A stretch of DNA of 25,365 nucleotides from positions 1-25,365 of IMG/VR virus record IMGVR_UViG_3300027808_000151, one strand, 5' to 3'. Positions within the stretch are counted from its first letter, which is position 1. Each line of letters starts with the position of its first letter. The position numbers and the translations under genes were made by a program. Origin of the DNA: a virus. Its lineage: Duplodnaviria > Caudoviricetes. The notes beneath the pieces were generated by a model. The model worked only from the letters and a program-made list of their open reading frames with translations. It did not search any database and was not told the DNA's origin. Below, one piece after another: positions 1-7,819 of this stretch.

Positions 1-2
1 GC

Positions 3-605
3 TGGTCTCTGCAAGCACTGGAAACCTGTCCCGGCTCTGTGTCGGCTTCAGGTGCTCTGGTTGACGCTTGCTCCGGATGCTACGCCACCACCGGATGCTA
101 CTCCTTCAAAGGCACTAAAGCAGTCCGCGCCGATAATAAGGCTGCATGGCAAGAGGCTGGCTGGGTTGACACCATGGTGGCTGCTCTCAAAAAGCAGAGC
201 TACTTCCGTTGGTTCGATTCTGGTGATATGTACTCCCTCTCCTTGGCTGTGAAAATGTACGAGGTTATGGCTGCCACTCCCCACGTCAAGCACTGGTTAC
301 CAACACGGATGTATAAATTCGCTAAGTTTAATGCCATACTGGCCAAGATGGAGGCACTGCCTAATGTCATGGTCCGTAGGTCCTCGGATGCTATTGACGG
401 TACATATACTGCTGGTGTGCATGGCTCCACAATTTTACCTGATGCTACCTCGGTGCCATCCGGTGTTACCTTATGCACCGCTTATGAGCATGGCGGTAAA
501 TGTAATGGCTGCCGCGCTTGCTATGACAAATCGGTGGAAGTGGTTGGTTATCCTGCACACGGCCGCAAAATGGCTAAGGTTATTCGGTTGGCAGTGGCTG
601 CTTAA
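3..605 (+). CDS. Gp88-like phage protein (Cys-rich, probable Fe-S/radical-SAM-like), 5'-truncated by the window
   Basis: Frame is open from base 3 (WSLQALETCPGSVSASG...). Motifs CxxCYA, YFRWFDSGD, HWLPTR and C-terminal C-x8-CxxCxxC are typical of Gp88-family proteins as I recall them. Confidence 0.75.
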   Translation, partial: WSLQALETCPGSVSASGALVDACSGCYATTGCYSFKGTKAVRADNKAAWQEAGWVDTMVAALKKQSYFRWFDSGDMYSLSLAVKMYEVMAATPHVKHWLPTRMYKFAKFNAILAKMEALPNVMVRRSSDAIDGTYTAGVHGSTILPDATSVPSGVTLCTAYEHGGKCNGCRACYDKSVEVVGYPAHGRKMAKVIRLAVAA

Positions 606-647
606 GGTTTTCGCTTCCCCCTTGAGGCTTGGCTGGATGGGGGGTTT

Positions 648-681
648 GGGACAGAGCTCTGGTGGCTCTGTCCCTTTTTTT
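648..681 (+). terminator. Rho-independent terminator of the Gp88-like gene
   Basis: Perfect 10-bp stem GGGACAGAGC/GCTCTGTCCC, 7-nt loop, followed by T7. Confidence 0.9.
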
Positions 682-758
682 ATGGCTCACTGGGGAGCAG
701 TAGCGGTGAGGGATGGGGGTACCGTAGGTAAGCGATTAGCAAAAAAAGCTGTACCAGG

Positions 759-986
759 TCAAACTCTTTTTTCCAATTTTTTATTTTCTGGGGCTCCCAA
801 TGGATCCACGAAATTTTTTTCAGGAGCCCCTACAAGGTTTTTTTGTTTTTCCAATATTTCATTGATTATGGCAATAGCTTTGTTTGCTTGACCTCTCGGG
901 TCATCAGTCGTATTGTATGATATTGGATACAATGCCTCCAGTACCAGTTTCAAATTGAAACGTTGCAGTGATTCTTCTGGTGTCAT
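759..986 (-). CDS. hypothetical protein (75 aa, duplicated GAPE motif at C-terminus)
   Basis: ATGA overlap with the upstream gene; last gene of the minus-strand block. Confidence 0.65.
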   Translation of the reverse strand: MTPEESLQRFNLKLVLEALYPISYNTTDDPRGQANKAIAIINEILEKQKNLVGAPEKNFVDPLGAPENKKLEKRV

Positions 987-1228
987 CCTTCAACTCCAAA
1001 ATGATGTTTAATTTCTTCCACACAGTCCCTACGAAAAGCATCTTCAATCTGGTCACGGTAGTCTTTATATCCAGGTGATAGCCCTTCTACAATACCAATA
1101 CATTTGAGAATAATCAACTCGGCGAATTTTTCTTGCAAGGGATCAGGAACAACGATAGTGGCATATTTGTTTTCTGCCTTAAATTCTTCTAAAGCCTGTT
1201 CAAAAAGTTCTTTAATTCGTTCGTTCAT
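983..1228 (-). CDS. hypothetical phage protein (MNERIKEL...KFAELI...IKHHFGVE type)
   Basis: Recurrent small phage-protein pattern. Start moved to the ATG at 1228. Confidence 0.75.
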   Translation of the reverse strand: MNERIKELFEQALEEFKAENKYATIVVPDPLQEKFAELIILKCIGIVEGLSPGYKDYRDQIEDAFRRDCVEEIKHHFGVEG

Positions 1229-1433
1229 CAAAGTAACCACTTTCATCTATAATTGTTTTCTCTATTACTACCATATCGCCATTTACTACAGCCGGTAAAG
1301 ATACTTTGACAATTGAACCGATACTTGATGACGAATCTACGGTCACGGTAACGTAGTCTGCTTCCGGATACTTATCACAAAATTGTTTGATTGCAATAAG
1401 GTCTTCTCTGTGTAATGATAATTTATTGTTCAT
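1212..1433 (-). CDS. hypothetical protein
   Basis: 73 aa, translationally coupled (ATGA) to the upstream ORF. Confidence 0.7.
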   Translation of the reverse strand: MNNKLSLHREDLIAIKQFCDKYPEADYVTVTVDSSSSIGSIVKVSLPAVVNGDMVVIEKTIIDESGYFDERTN

Positions 1434-1627
1434 GCTTCAATGTCCAGTTTGTTTCCTTTGGCTCTGATAGCCTTTATGAATGCTCTCTGTGTATAGATGT
1501 AATCAGCAATAGATTCAATGAACCGATTGTGTCTAGTATCTTCTCTTTTGGCCAAAGACTGTGCTTCTTTAGCTCTCATGTCGGATGGAAGAATAACTGG
1601 TTTACCTTCCGATGATGTGATTCTCAT
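1430..1627 (-). CDS. hypothetical protein
   Basis: 65 aa, ATGA overlaps on both sides. Confidence 0.65.
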   Translation of the reverse strand: MRITSSEGKPVILPSDMRAKEAQSLAKREDTRHNRFIESIADYIYTQRAFIKAIRAKGNKLDIEA

Positions 1628-2625
1628 TTTAATCGTATCAAGTTATCTCTAAAAATTTCCCATGCTTTTTGCCAGGACCATTTGTTTGAATGTATTATAA
1701 CATCTTTGCGGTCCAATGTCAAGCAGCAAGAGATAACATAGTTTAAGTCCTCACCAAGATAACCAGTTTTACCAATTTCTACCACATCTAACGGTCCGGT
1801 TACTGGGTACGCAGCTACTGGTGTACCGCAGGCCATGGCCTCAATCATAACGATACCGAACGTTTCCCACTTTGAAGGGAACACGAAAACATCTGCGTTT
1901 GCGTAATAGTATGCAAGTTCTTTGCCAGTCTTGAAACCAACGAACTCAACATCTGGATACTTTAAGGCTAACTCGGACATATATGGTCCATCGCCGACCA
2001 TGATTTTTCTGGCACCTGGATACTTTATCTTGCAGAAGTCATCGAGGTTCTTTTCTTTTGAAACTCTGGAAACACAAACAAGGGTGGGGCCTCCGGAAGC
2101 GCTTGCAAGGCGCTGTGAGTCATTAAATATATCTCTATCTACTCCACGAGTCCAAGGTAATATGTTTTGTTTGAACCCGTGGTTGTGTAAATCTTTGACC
2201 ATCGTTTCTGTTGTGGTCAAGACTTTACCTGAGTGTTTATGAAACCAACGGACGTATGCCCATGTTAGAAACTCAGGTATACCAAGTAACTTCTTTAAGC
2301 CCTCAGGAAACTTAGTATGATAAGCGGTATTGTAACGATAATCGCATAGTGAAAGATATTTTCTAGCCCACAGACCAAGAGGACCTTCTGTGGCGATGTG
2401 GATATAATCCGGATTGATCTCCTTAATCTTCTTGCCCAAGTTCCTCGGATAGGTAAGTTTGACTTCGTTGTAGCCAGGACAATCAATATAGCGGAACCAC
2501 CGGGGATCAAGCACCACAACGTTATAACCATCCAGAATCGCACACGCCTCAATGTTCTTGTAAGTTGTGACAACGCCATTGATTTGATCCGGTAAGTTAT
2601 CTGTTATAATTAATATTGTTTTCAT
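1624..2625 (-). CDS. GT4 (GT-B fold) glycosyltransferase, Agt-like diacylglycerol glycosyltransferase
   Basis: ITD..P.QINGVV, HIATEGPLG, YHTKFPE, RWFH, WTRGVD, RVSKEKN, VGDGP, ADVFVFPS.WETFGIVMIEAMACG.PV (E-x7-E motif). Confidence 0.9.
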   Translation of the reverse strand: MKTILIITDNLPDQINGVVTTYKNIEACAILDGYNVVVLDPRWFRYIDCPGYNEVKLTYPRNLGKKIKEINPDYIHIATEGPLGLWARKYLSLCDYRYNTAYHTKFPEGLKKLLGIPEFLTWAYVRWFHKHSGKVLTTTETMVKDLHNHGFKQNILPWTRGVDRDIFNDSQRLASASGGPTLVCVSRVSKEKNLDDFCKIKYPGARKIMVGDGPYMSELALKYPDVEFVGFKTGKELAYYYANADVFVFPSKWETFGIVMIEAMACGTPVAAYPVTGPLDVVEIGKTGYLGEDLNYVISCCLTLDRKDVIIHSNKWSWQKAWEIFRDNLIRLK

Positions 2626-2753
2626 TGTACTGCTTGTGTACGTTTTTTCTTCAAAGATTTTCTTAATGTTTTAAGCCAAAGCCGGCGTTCTTTGTTTTTA
2701 TCACCCTTCAGGATGGCCTTGTACATCTTTGTAATTAATTTGTTTACTTTCAT
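2622..2753 (-). CDS. 43-aa very basic helical peptide (not in ORF track)
   Basis: MKVNKLITKMYKAILKGDKNKERRLWLKTLRKSLKKKRTQAVQ*. AGGAG Shine-Dalgarno upstream; its TGA overlaps the GT start (ATGA). Confidence 0.65.
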   Translation of the reverse strand: MKVNKLITKMYKAILKGDKNKERRLWLKTLRKSLKKKRTQAVQ

Positions 2754-3507
2754 TATCACTCTCCTGTGTCCAAGTTATAATTTCCCAACGGCCGTCATGA
2801 TGTTCCACTAGTGCAGTACATGATTCAACCCAGTCGCCGTCATTCATATAGGTAACACCGTCTATTTCTTTTATCTCTGCATGGTGTATGTGTCCGCAAA
2901 TGACACCATCAAAACCACGTTTCTTACAATACTTAGTTAAGTTTTCTTCAAACTTAAAAATAAAATCTACTGCTTTTTTGACACGGTGCTTAAGAAACTG
3001 GCTAAGGCTAAAGTACCCAAAACCCATACGATGACGAATCCAATTAATCCTAGTATTGAGTCCAAGAATGAAATCATATGCTTTATCTCCTAAAAATGTT
3101 AACCACGGTGCAAGTCTTGTGATGCCGTCAAACATATCTCCGTGTACTACTAGATAGTGTTTACCATCTGCACCGATATGTTCTGTTTGATTGTGTATTT
3201 CGATTGAGCCAAAACTGAAACCATATGGTATCATTGGTCTTAAAAATTCATCGTGATTGCCTGCAATGAATATTACTTTGGTGCCACGTTTGGCATGACC
3301 TAATACTCTGCGTACCACATTAGTGTGGGATTGTTTCCAACGCCATTTGTTTTGTTGAATTTTCCATGCATCAATTATATCGCCAACTAGATATAATGTA
3401 TCACATGAATTGTTCTTCAAAAAATTATTGAGAGCCTCAGCTTTACAGTCTTTGGTTCCCAAATGGACATCGGAAATGAATATTGATCGGTATGTTTTTT
3501 TCTGCAT
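2701..3507 (-). CDS. plcP: calcineurin-like metallophosphoesterase, PlcP/LpxH2-type (putative phospholipase C)
   Basis: SDVHLG, GDIID, GNHD, HGD, CGHIH and NDGDWVESCTALVE motifs; sits next to an Agt-like GT as in bacterial plcP loci. Confidence 0.75.
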   Translation of the reverse strand: MQKKTYRSIFISDVHLGTKDCKAEALNNFLKNNSCDTLYLVGDIIDAWKIQQNKWRWKQSHTNVVRRVLGHAKRGTKVIFIAGNHDEFLRPMIPYGFSFGSIEIHNQTEHIGADGKHYLVVHGDMFDGITRLAPWLTFLGDKAYDFILGLNTRINWIRHRMGFGYFSLSQFLKHRVKKAVDFIFKFEENLTKYCKKRGFDGVICGHIHHAEIKEIDGVTYMNDGDWVESCTALVEHHDGRWEIITWTQESDNESKQINYKDVQGHPEG

Positions 3508-3531
3508 CCTATTATGTAGAAAATTAATTAA

Positions 3532-3549
3532 TTGTCACACCATTGTCAT
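3532..3549 (+). promoter_or_regulatory. Pho-box-like tandem repeat (7-4-7)
   Basis: TTGTCAC-ACCA-TTGTCAT versus consensus CTGTCAT-N4-CTGTCAY, 11-bp period, in the 45-bp gap upstream of plcP. Inverted relative to plcP. Confidence 0.55.
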
Positions 3550-3552
3550 CTA

Positions 3553-3840
3553 TTAAATCGTACCATCACTTTGGCCAGCACCTAAAACACAACCTGTTAC
3601 GGCATCATATTGTATTAATGTCCAAGTGCCTTTTTCTTTGTTCATAACAATTGAAATATAAGAACCTGATGCGGATTCTTTGCCAACCCATACCGGTACT
3701 TCACCAAGTTGTTTGAAAAGATATTCCATGAGGCTTTGGGCAGAAGAACAGTTCATCGGTTTGTTTAACTGAAATATCTTTTCTTGTGCAAATGTTGTCG
3801 TACTTAACAATAATGTTAAAGTAATGATTATTTTACGCAT
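3553..3840 (-). CDS. secreted/periplasmic hypothetical protein
   Basis: Signal-peptide-like N-terminus MRKIIITLTLLLSTTTFA; two Cys. Confidence 0.75.
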   Translation of the reverse strand: MRKIIITLTLLLSTTTFAQEKIFQLNKPMNCSSAQSLMEYLFKQLGEVPVWVGKESASGSYISIVMNKEKGTWTLIQYDAVTGCVLGAGQSDGTI

Positions 3841-3947
3841 TGTGGTTCCTCTAAGGTATTCATTGTTCGTTCATGGAGTTTATCCCATACATCTGGTTCT
3901 CCCCAGAAAAGGAAGAATAGTAAAAGAATAATAATAATCTCACGCAT
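3828..3947 (-). CDS. 39-aa single-TM membrane peptide (not in ORF track)
   Basis: MREIIIILLLFFLFWGEPDVWDKLHERTMNTLEEPQCVK*; fills the gap between its neighbours. Confidence 0.6.
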   Translation of the reverse strand: MREIIIILLLFFLFWGEPDVWDKLHERTMNTLEEPQCVK

Positions 3948-3949
3948 AA

Positions 3950-4759
3950 TTAAGTCAAGTATCGTATGATTATGATACCAGAACCACCTGCAAGATTTGC
4001 TGTAGCATTATTACCATGTCCGCCGGCACCGCCGCCAGTATTCGGTGCACCGGCAGTAGGCGTTCCGCCCGGACTACTGCCGCCACCACCCCAACCTCCG
4101 CCACCCAATGCTTGTGTAGTTTCACCGCCGCCTTGACCGTTTGTTCTGCCGGCACCGCCACCACCACCATAATAAGTTGAAGTGCCTGATATATCAAATG
4201 CACGGCCATTCCATCCATCTGCACCGGCACCACCACCTCTTGCAGCACTTAAGAAGTTGCCGCCTGTGCCACCAGCAGCACCAAAACCACCTGTTGAACT
4301 ACTTGGTTGTAGTGCTGCGCCGCCGACAGCATTTGAAGCACCACCGCCACCGCCAGAGCCGCCTGCAATACCTGGTTGACCATCGAATCCACCTTTGCCA
4401 CCACCAAGTGCAACAAAAGTTGATATTGAACTATTTTGTCCGTTAGCACCAGCAACACCTTGTCCTATTGATACAGAATAACTTCCAAATGTTAATAATT
4501 GTTCTGTTAAATATGCAACACCGCCGGCACCGCCACCACCTGTTGCATTACCACCGGTCACAGAACCTCCACCAGCACCAACTAACAATATATCAAATGT
4601 TTTACCTATATCTCTAAAAATCTGGAAAGTTCCATTTGATGTGAACGTATGTATGGTATAAAGTCCACTGGTGCTTACTATTCCACCATCAGCAAATTGT
4701 GATGATCCTATCCGTATACCACGGCCTAGTTGAATTCCTGATCCTATTGAGATGGGCAT
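3950..4759 (-). CDS. glycine-rich virion-associated protein (fibre/decoration-like)
   Basis: YTIHTFTS.GTF, LLVGAGGG, GGGG runs and GGSGIIIIRY end; late promoter upstream. Confidence 0.75.
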   Translation of the reverse strand: MPISIGSGIQLGRGIRIGSSQFADGGIVSTSGLYTIHTFTSNGTFQIFRDIGKTFDILLVGAGGGSVTGGNATGGGGAGGVAYLTEQLLTFGSYSVSIGQGVAGANGQNSSISTFVALGGGKGGFDGQPGIAGGSGGGGGASNAVGGAALQPSSSTGGFGAAGGTGGNFLSAARGGGAGADGWNGRAFDISGTSTYYGGGGGAGRTNGQGGGETTQALGGGGWGGGGSSPGGTPTAGAPNTGGGAGGHGNNATANLAGGSGIIIIRYLT

Positions 4760-4760
4760 A

Positions 4761-4904
4761 TTAAGTATTTAAATTAAGGTAATAGTATTTATACAGTCTC
4801 ACAAAATATGAGAATTGCATAGGTTCATGTTCGGGATCAGGTAACTTATCACCGAAATGAGATTTCATTTTCTCGTATAATTCTAAGGCTTGTTCATCAC
4901 TCAT
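4761..4904 (-). CDS. 47-aa hypothetical protein (not in ORF track)
   Basis: MSDEQALELYEKMKSHFGDKLPDPEHEPMQFSYFVRLYKYYYLNLNT*; abuts both neighbours. Confidence 0.65.
   Translation of the reverse strand: MSDEQALELYEKMKSHFGDKLPDPEHEPMQFSYFVRLYKYYYLNLNT
4786..4793 (-). promoter_or_regulatory. T4-type late promoter (gp55 sigma)
   Basis: Exact TATAAATA about 27 nt upstream of the Gly-rich gene start. Confidence 0.7.
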
Positions 4905-5183
4905 TTAATCTTCTTTGTAGATATTAGACCAAATTTTCAGTTTCTCTTTTTTGGCCTGTCTTGCTGCATTAATGTTACCATCAGAAATCATGCACTTCTC
5001 TACCATAATATCAATCATAGCAAGAAGGTCACCAACTTCTTCTTCCAAACTTTGCATGTTACTTTTATTTGTAACAGGATGTACAGAATCGAAACCGAAA
5101 CGGAAAATCTTAGAGATTGCCTGTGTCACCTCAGCACATTCTTCCTGTGTGATACAAAGAATCTCTTTGGTCTTTTTATCCAT
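4905..5183 (-). CDS. MazG-like NTP pyrophosphohydrolase
   Basis: QEECAEV...LEEEVGDLL acidic motifs; start set at MDKKTK. Confidence 0.75.
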   Translation of the reverse strand: MDKKTKEILCITQEECAEVTQAISKIFRFGFDSVHPVTNKSNMQSLEEEVGDLLAMIDIMVEKCMISDGNINAARQAKKEKLKIWSNIYKED

Positions 5184-5406
5184 TAATAACCTCATTCAAC
5201 AAAATTTGATTACCATCGGCACCTTGACACCAAGATTCTGCAAAATCTTCTGCTTCATTTATTCTCTGTAGTGTTGTTCTTTGCACCACACGGTTCTCAA
5301 CATATAGTGTTACTTCCCATATATCAAATTGCCGGTCAAGGCCTCTACTAAGTCTATTGATTGTGGCTTTTCTGCCATCACCATAATATTCTGAATGAAT
5401 TTCCAT
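5176..5406 (-). CDS. hypothetical protein
   Basis: 76 aa, AAGGAG RBS. Confidence 0.75.
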   Translation of the reverse strand: MEIHSEYYGDGRKATINRLSRGLDRQFDIWEVTLYVENRVVQRTTLQRINEAEDFAESWCQGADGNQILLNEVING

Positions 5407-5416
5407 AATTAACTCC

Positions 5417-7504
5417 TTATGTAATTAGTCCGATAAAACGATTCAGTACAACTCGGCTACTGTGTTTACCACTATTGTACTTTGTAAATGCAGAGGCAAT
5501 ACCTCTGAAGGTTGAGTTTTCTTTAACTTCAAAAGTAGAATCCTCATCTGTATCTAGGCCATTTGACCTCAAGATATAATATTCATCATATCCAGTATTT
5601 TCTAAAACAGCAAACTTTGATTTTTTAAAGTTTTCTTTCATTTCTTCGTGATTGGTTTGTTTTGGAAACCATTGATATACTTTACGATTAAAGTCTCTGC
5701 CATTAATAACATAGAAACCAATAACATTTGAACCAGTTCTGGATTTTAATAATCGAATAAAAGCACTTGTATATTCATCATGGTTCCTAGTATTATTAAT
5801 TTTTTCTTCATGTTTGGTAACAGGGTCACGTATAATCAATCTATCGCAATCCATTTTTACATCTTGTAGTCCATAATATGAATCTTTTTGATAATATCGA
5901 TTTGAATTGTTACTTTCACCATCTGTTAGAAAAATTGTATTGACAATCTGTAACTTGTTTTTCTTTTGAAACTCAGGAACAATAGTCATGGCATGAACGA
6001 TTGCTTGGTTCAGTGGTGTGCCTTGCATGTTCATCCAGTAAGGAAAATAACCACGAGTGCTACCTAGTCCAGCCAAGCAAACCAATGAAGAACATGCATA
6101 TGTAAATTCAGCACTAGACATTCTTGATGATAATAGATTCATCAAACCATATGGTCTGAAATAGATATCATTTTCTTTTTTAACTTGAGATGTTTCCTGT
6201 TCTCTATCTGTTTCTTCGATAAATGCATATACCTCATAGGGTATGTTTAATTTTTTACAAAACAATACCAAATTAATCAACTGTTTCATTGTATTGCCAA
6301 TATGGTCAATCATAGAACCAGACCAATCAAGAAACATAACAAGACCGTGTGACTTGCCACCAGGAACAACTGAGATTTTCTTAAAGATATCTTCATTGAA
6401 ACCGTAAGAGTAAATCTTACTCATATTCAGTTCACCGGTTTTGGCTGTTGTTGCACGTTTTAACTGGTCAGCATTTTTACGCATTTCAAATTCTTTAACA
6501 AGATAAGAAACGACCTTATTACTTTCATTTCGAATTTTAAGAAATGTTTCTGTTGAAGAACTGAAATTATCTTGTTTGTATCTTTTCCAAATTACTTTGT
6601 GGTCAACAACTTGTTTCGGATCAAAATGTGGAATATTTGCATATAAAATATTACCCACACTATTATCAAATAACTGTTTTTCATTTTCTTTATAAGATGC
6701 ATCAGTAAAAGAACGAATCTGGTCTTCCAGACTTACTTTTTTATCTTCTTTTTTCTTGTTGAACTTATCAGAATCACGTTCGTTGGCTTGAATATCTCCC
6801 TCGTCAATTTCATCACCATCTTCAAAAGTTTGTTCTTTTGAATTGCCTTGGTTATCAAAGTCAACTTCTTCATATTCAGGTTGATCTTCATCTTCACCAT
6901 CGTCACCGTTTTCGGCTTTGGCTTTGGTGCGCTTTTGTTCTTCTTCTTCTAATTTACGTTTCATGTATTCGATGATTCTTTTCGATACATCAATAACGTC
7001 ATCATAGGTTTCAGTTGTTTCAACTTCATTAAGTAAATTACGTTCTTCATCATTAAATTGAATACGTAATGCTGCACCACCTTTGCAGTGTAGATTAATA
7101 CGGTCAAGAAAATTCATCTTGTTGATATCCGTTCCTTTGATGCCAAAAAAATCTCTAGTCATAAGCTCACCATAAGCTTTAACAAAGGAGTTTTTAAGAC
7201 CTGGATATTTGTATTTAATTTTGCGTTCAATACGGGAATCTTCGACTACATTAGTCACATCCCGAATAACATTTTCTTCTTTTGCTTTCAACATACCTTC
7301 AATGGGTGTATATAAAGCATGGCCAACTTCGTGACCAGTAAACAAATCATAAAGAGCGCTGGAAATATTTTTATCTAAAACTGGAAGTGTCAAAATCCGG
7401 TTCTTAACATCAAAAGATGCTGTTTGTACCGGTCGTTGTTCGACAACAAGGTTTTCGGTCGCCATCAATTTGGCCAACAAAGATTTAGATTCGAGTAATT
7501 CCAT
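5417..7504 (-). CDS. CobT-like protein: HExxH metallopeptidase-like domain, acidic linker and vWA domain
   Basis: HEVGH...NVVEDSRIE; D/E-rich linker; MIDAS DWSGS, GTPL, FLTDGE. Confidence 0.8.
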   Translation of the reverse strand: MELLESKSLLAKLMATENLVVEQRPVQTASFDVKNRILTLPVLDKNISSALYDLFTGHEVGHALYTPIEGMLKAKEENVIRDVTNVVEDSRIERKIKYKYPGLKNSFVKAYGELMTRDFFGIKGTDINKMNFLDRINLHCKGGAALRIQFNDEERNLLNEVETTETYDDVIDVSKRIIEYMKRKLEEEEQKRTKAKAENGDDGEDEDQPEYEEVDFDNQGNSKEQTFEDGDEIDEGDIQANERDSDKFNKKKEDKKVSLEDQIRSFTDASYKENEKQLFDNSVGNILYANIPHFDPKQVVDHKVIWKRYKQDNFSSSTETFLKIRNESNKVVSYLVKEFEMRKNADQLKRATTAKTGELNMSKIYSYGFNEDIFKKISVVPGGKSHGLVMFLDWSGSMIDHIGNTMKQLINLVLFCKKLNIPYEVYAFIEETDREQETSQVKKENDIYFRPYGLMNLLSSRMSSAEFTYACSSLVCLAGLGSTRGYFPYWMNMQGTPLNQAIVHAMTIVPEFQKKNKLQIVNTIFLTDGESNNSNRYYQKDSYYGLQDVKMDCDRLIIRDPVTKHEEKINNTRNHDEYTSAFIRLLKSRTGSNVIGFYVINGRDFNRKVYQWFPKQTNHEEMKENFKKSKFAVLENTGYDEYYILRSNGLDTDEDSTFEVKENSTFRGIASAFTKYNSGKHSSRVVLNRFIGLIT

Positions 7505-7680
7505 TATTTTTTCTCGGTTACAATGATAATATTGCCTGTTGGTGTTTCTTCAACACTTAAATTTAACACGGTGCCTTCTTTCCAACCTGTTTCAGCAATA
7601 AATTCTTCAGGAAATTCTAAGATTGCATCACCAGTACCATCATTAGCTTCTTGCACTTGAATTATATAAGACTTACTCAT
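7504..7680 (-). CDS. AbrB/MazE/SpoVT-like DNA-binding protein (58 aa, not in ORF track)
   Basis: MSKSYIIQVQEANDGTGDAILEFPEEFIAETGWKEGTVLNLSVEE...; the P.E....GW..G..L signature; TAATG coupling to the next gene. Confidence 0.7.
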   Translation of the reverse strand: MSKSYIIQVQEANDGTGDAILEFPEEFIAETGWKEGTVLNLSVEETPTGNIIIVTEKK

Positions 7681-7819
7681 AGTATTCTTTCATCCGTTTG
7701 TACCAATCTTGGTCATTTTCGAATTGTGACATAACTGCCCATTGCCGAGTGACTTCATCTAAAGGTTTCCAATCAATCGGTTCTTGCGGTTCTTGTTTTG
7801 GCTCAGTATTTTGTGACAT
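7673..7819 (-). CDS. 48-aa hypothetical protein (not in ORF track)
   Basis: MSQNTEPKQEPQEPIDWKPLDEVTRQWAVMSQFENDQDWYKRMKEYYE*; AGGAG RBS. Confidence 0.6.
   Translation of the reverse strand: MSQNTEPKQEPQEPIDWKPLDEVTRQWAVMSQFENDQDWYKRMKEYYE

Noticed and set aside
73-101. ccggatgctac 11-nt direct repeat
   Set aside because: Only two copies, encoding GCY twice; no array.
331-891. 186-aa + strand ORF
   Set aside because: Overlaps the Gp88-like gene out of frame, runs through its terminator and is antisense to 759..986.
3970-4458. Alternative-frame and antisense ORFs in the Gly-rich gene; ccaccg-type repeats
   Set aside because: By-products of GGN codon runs; not a CRISPR array or a separate gene.
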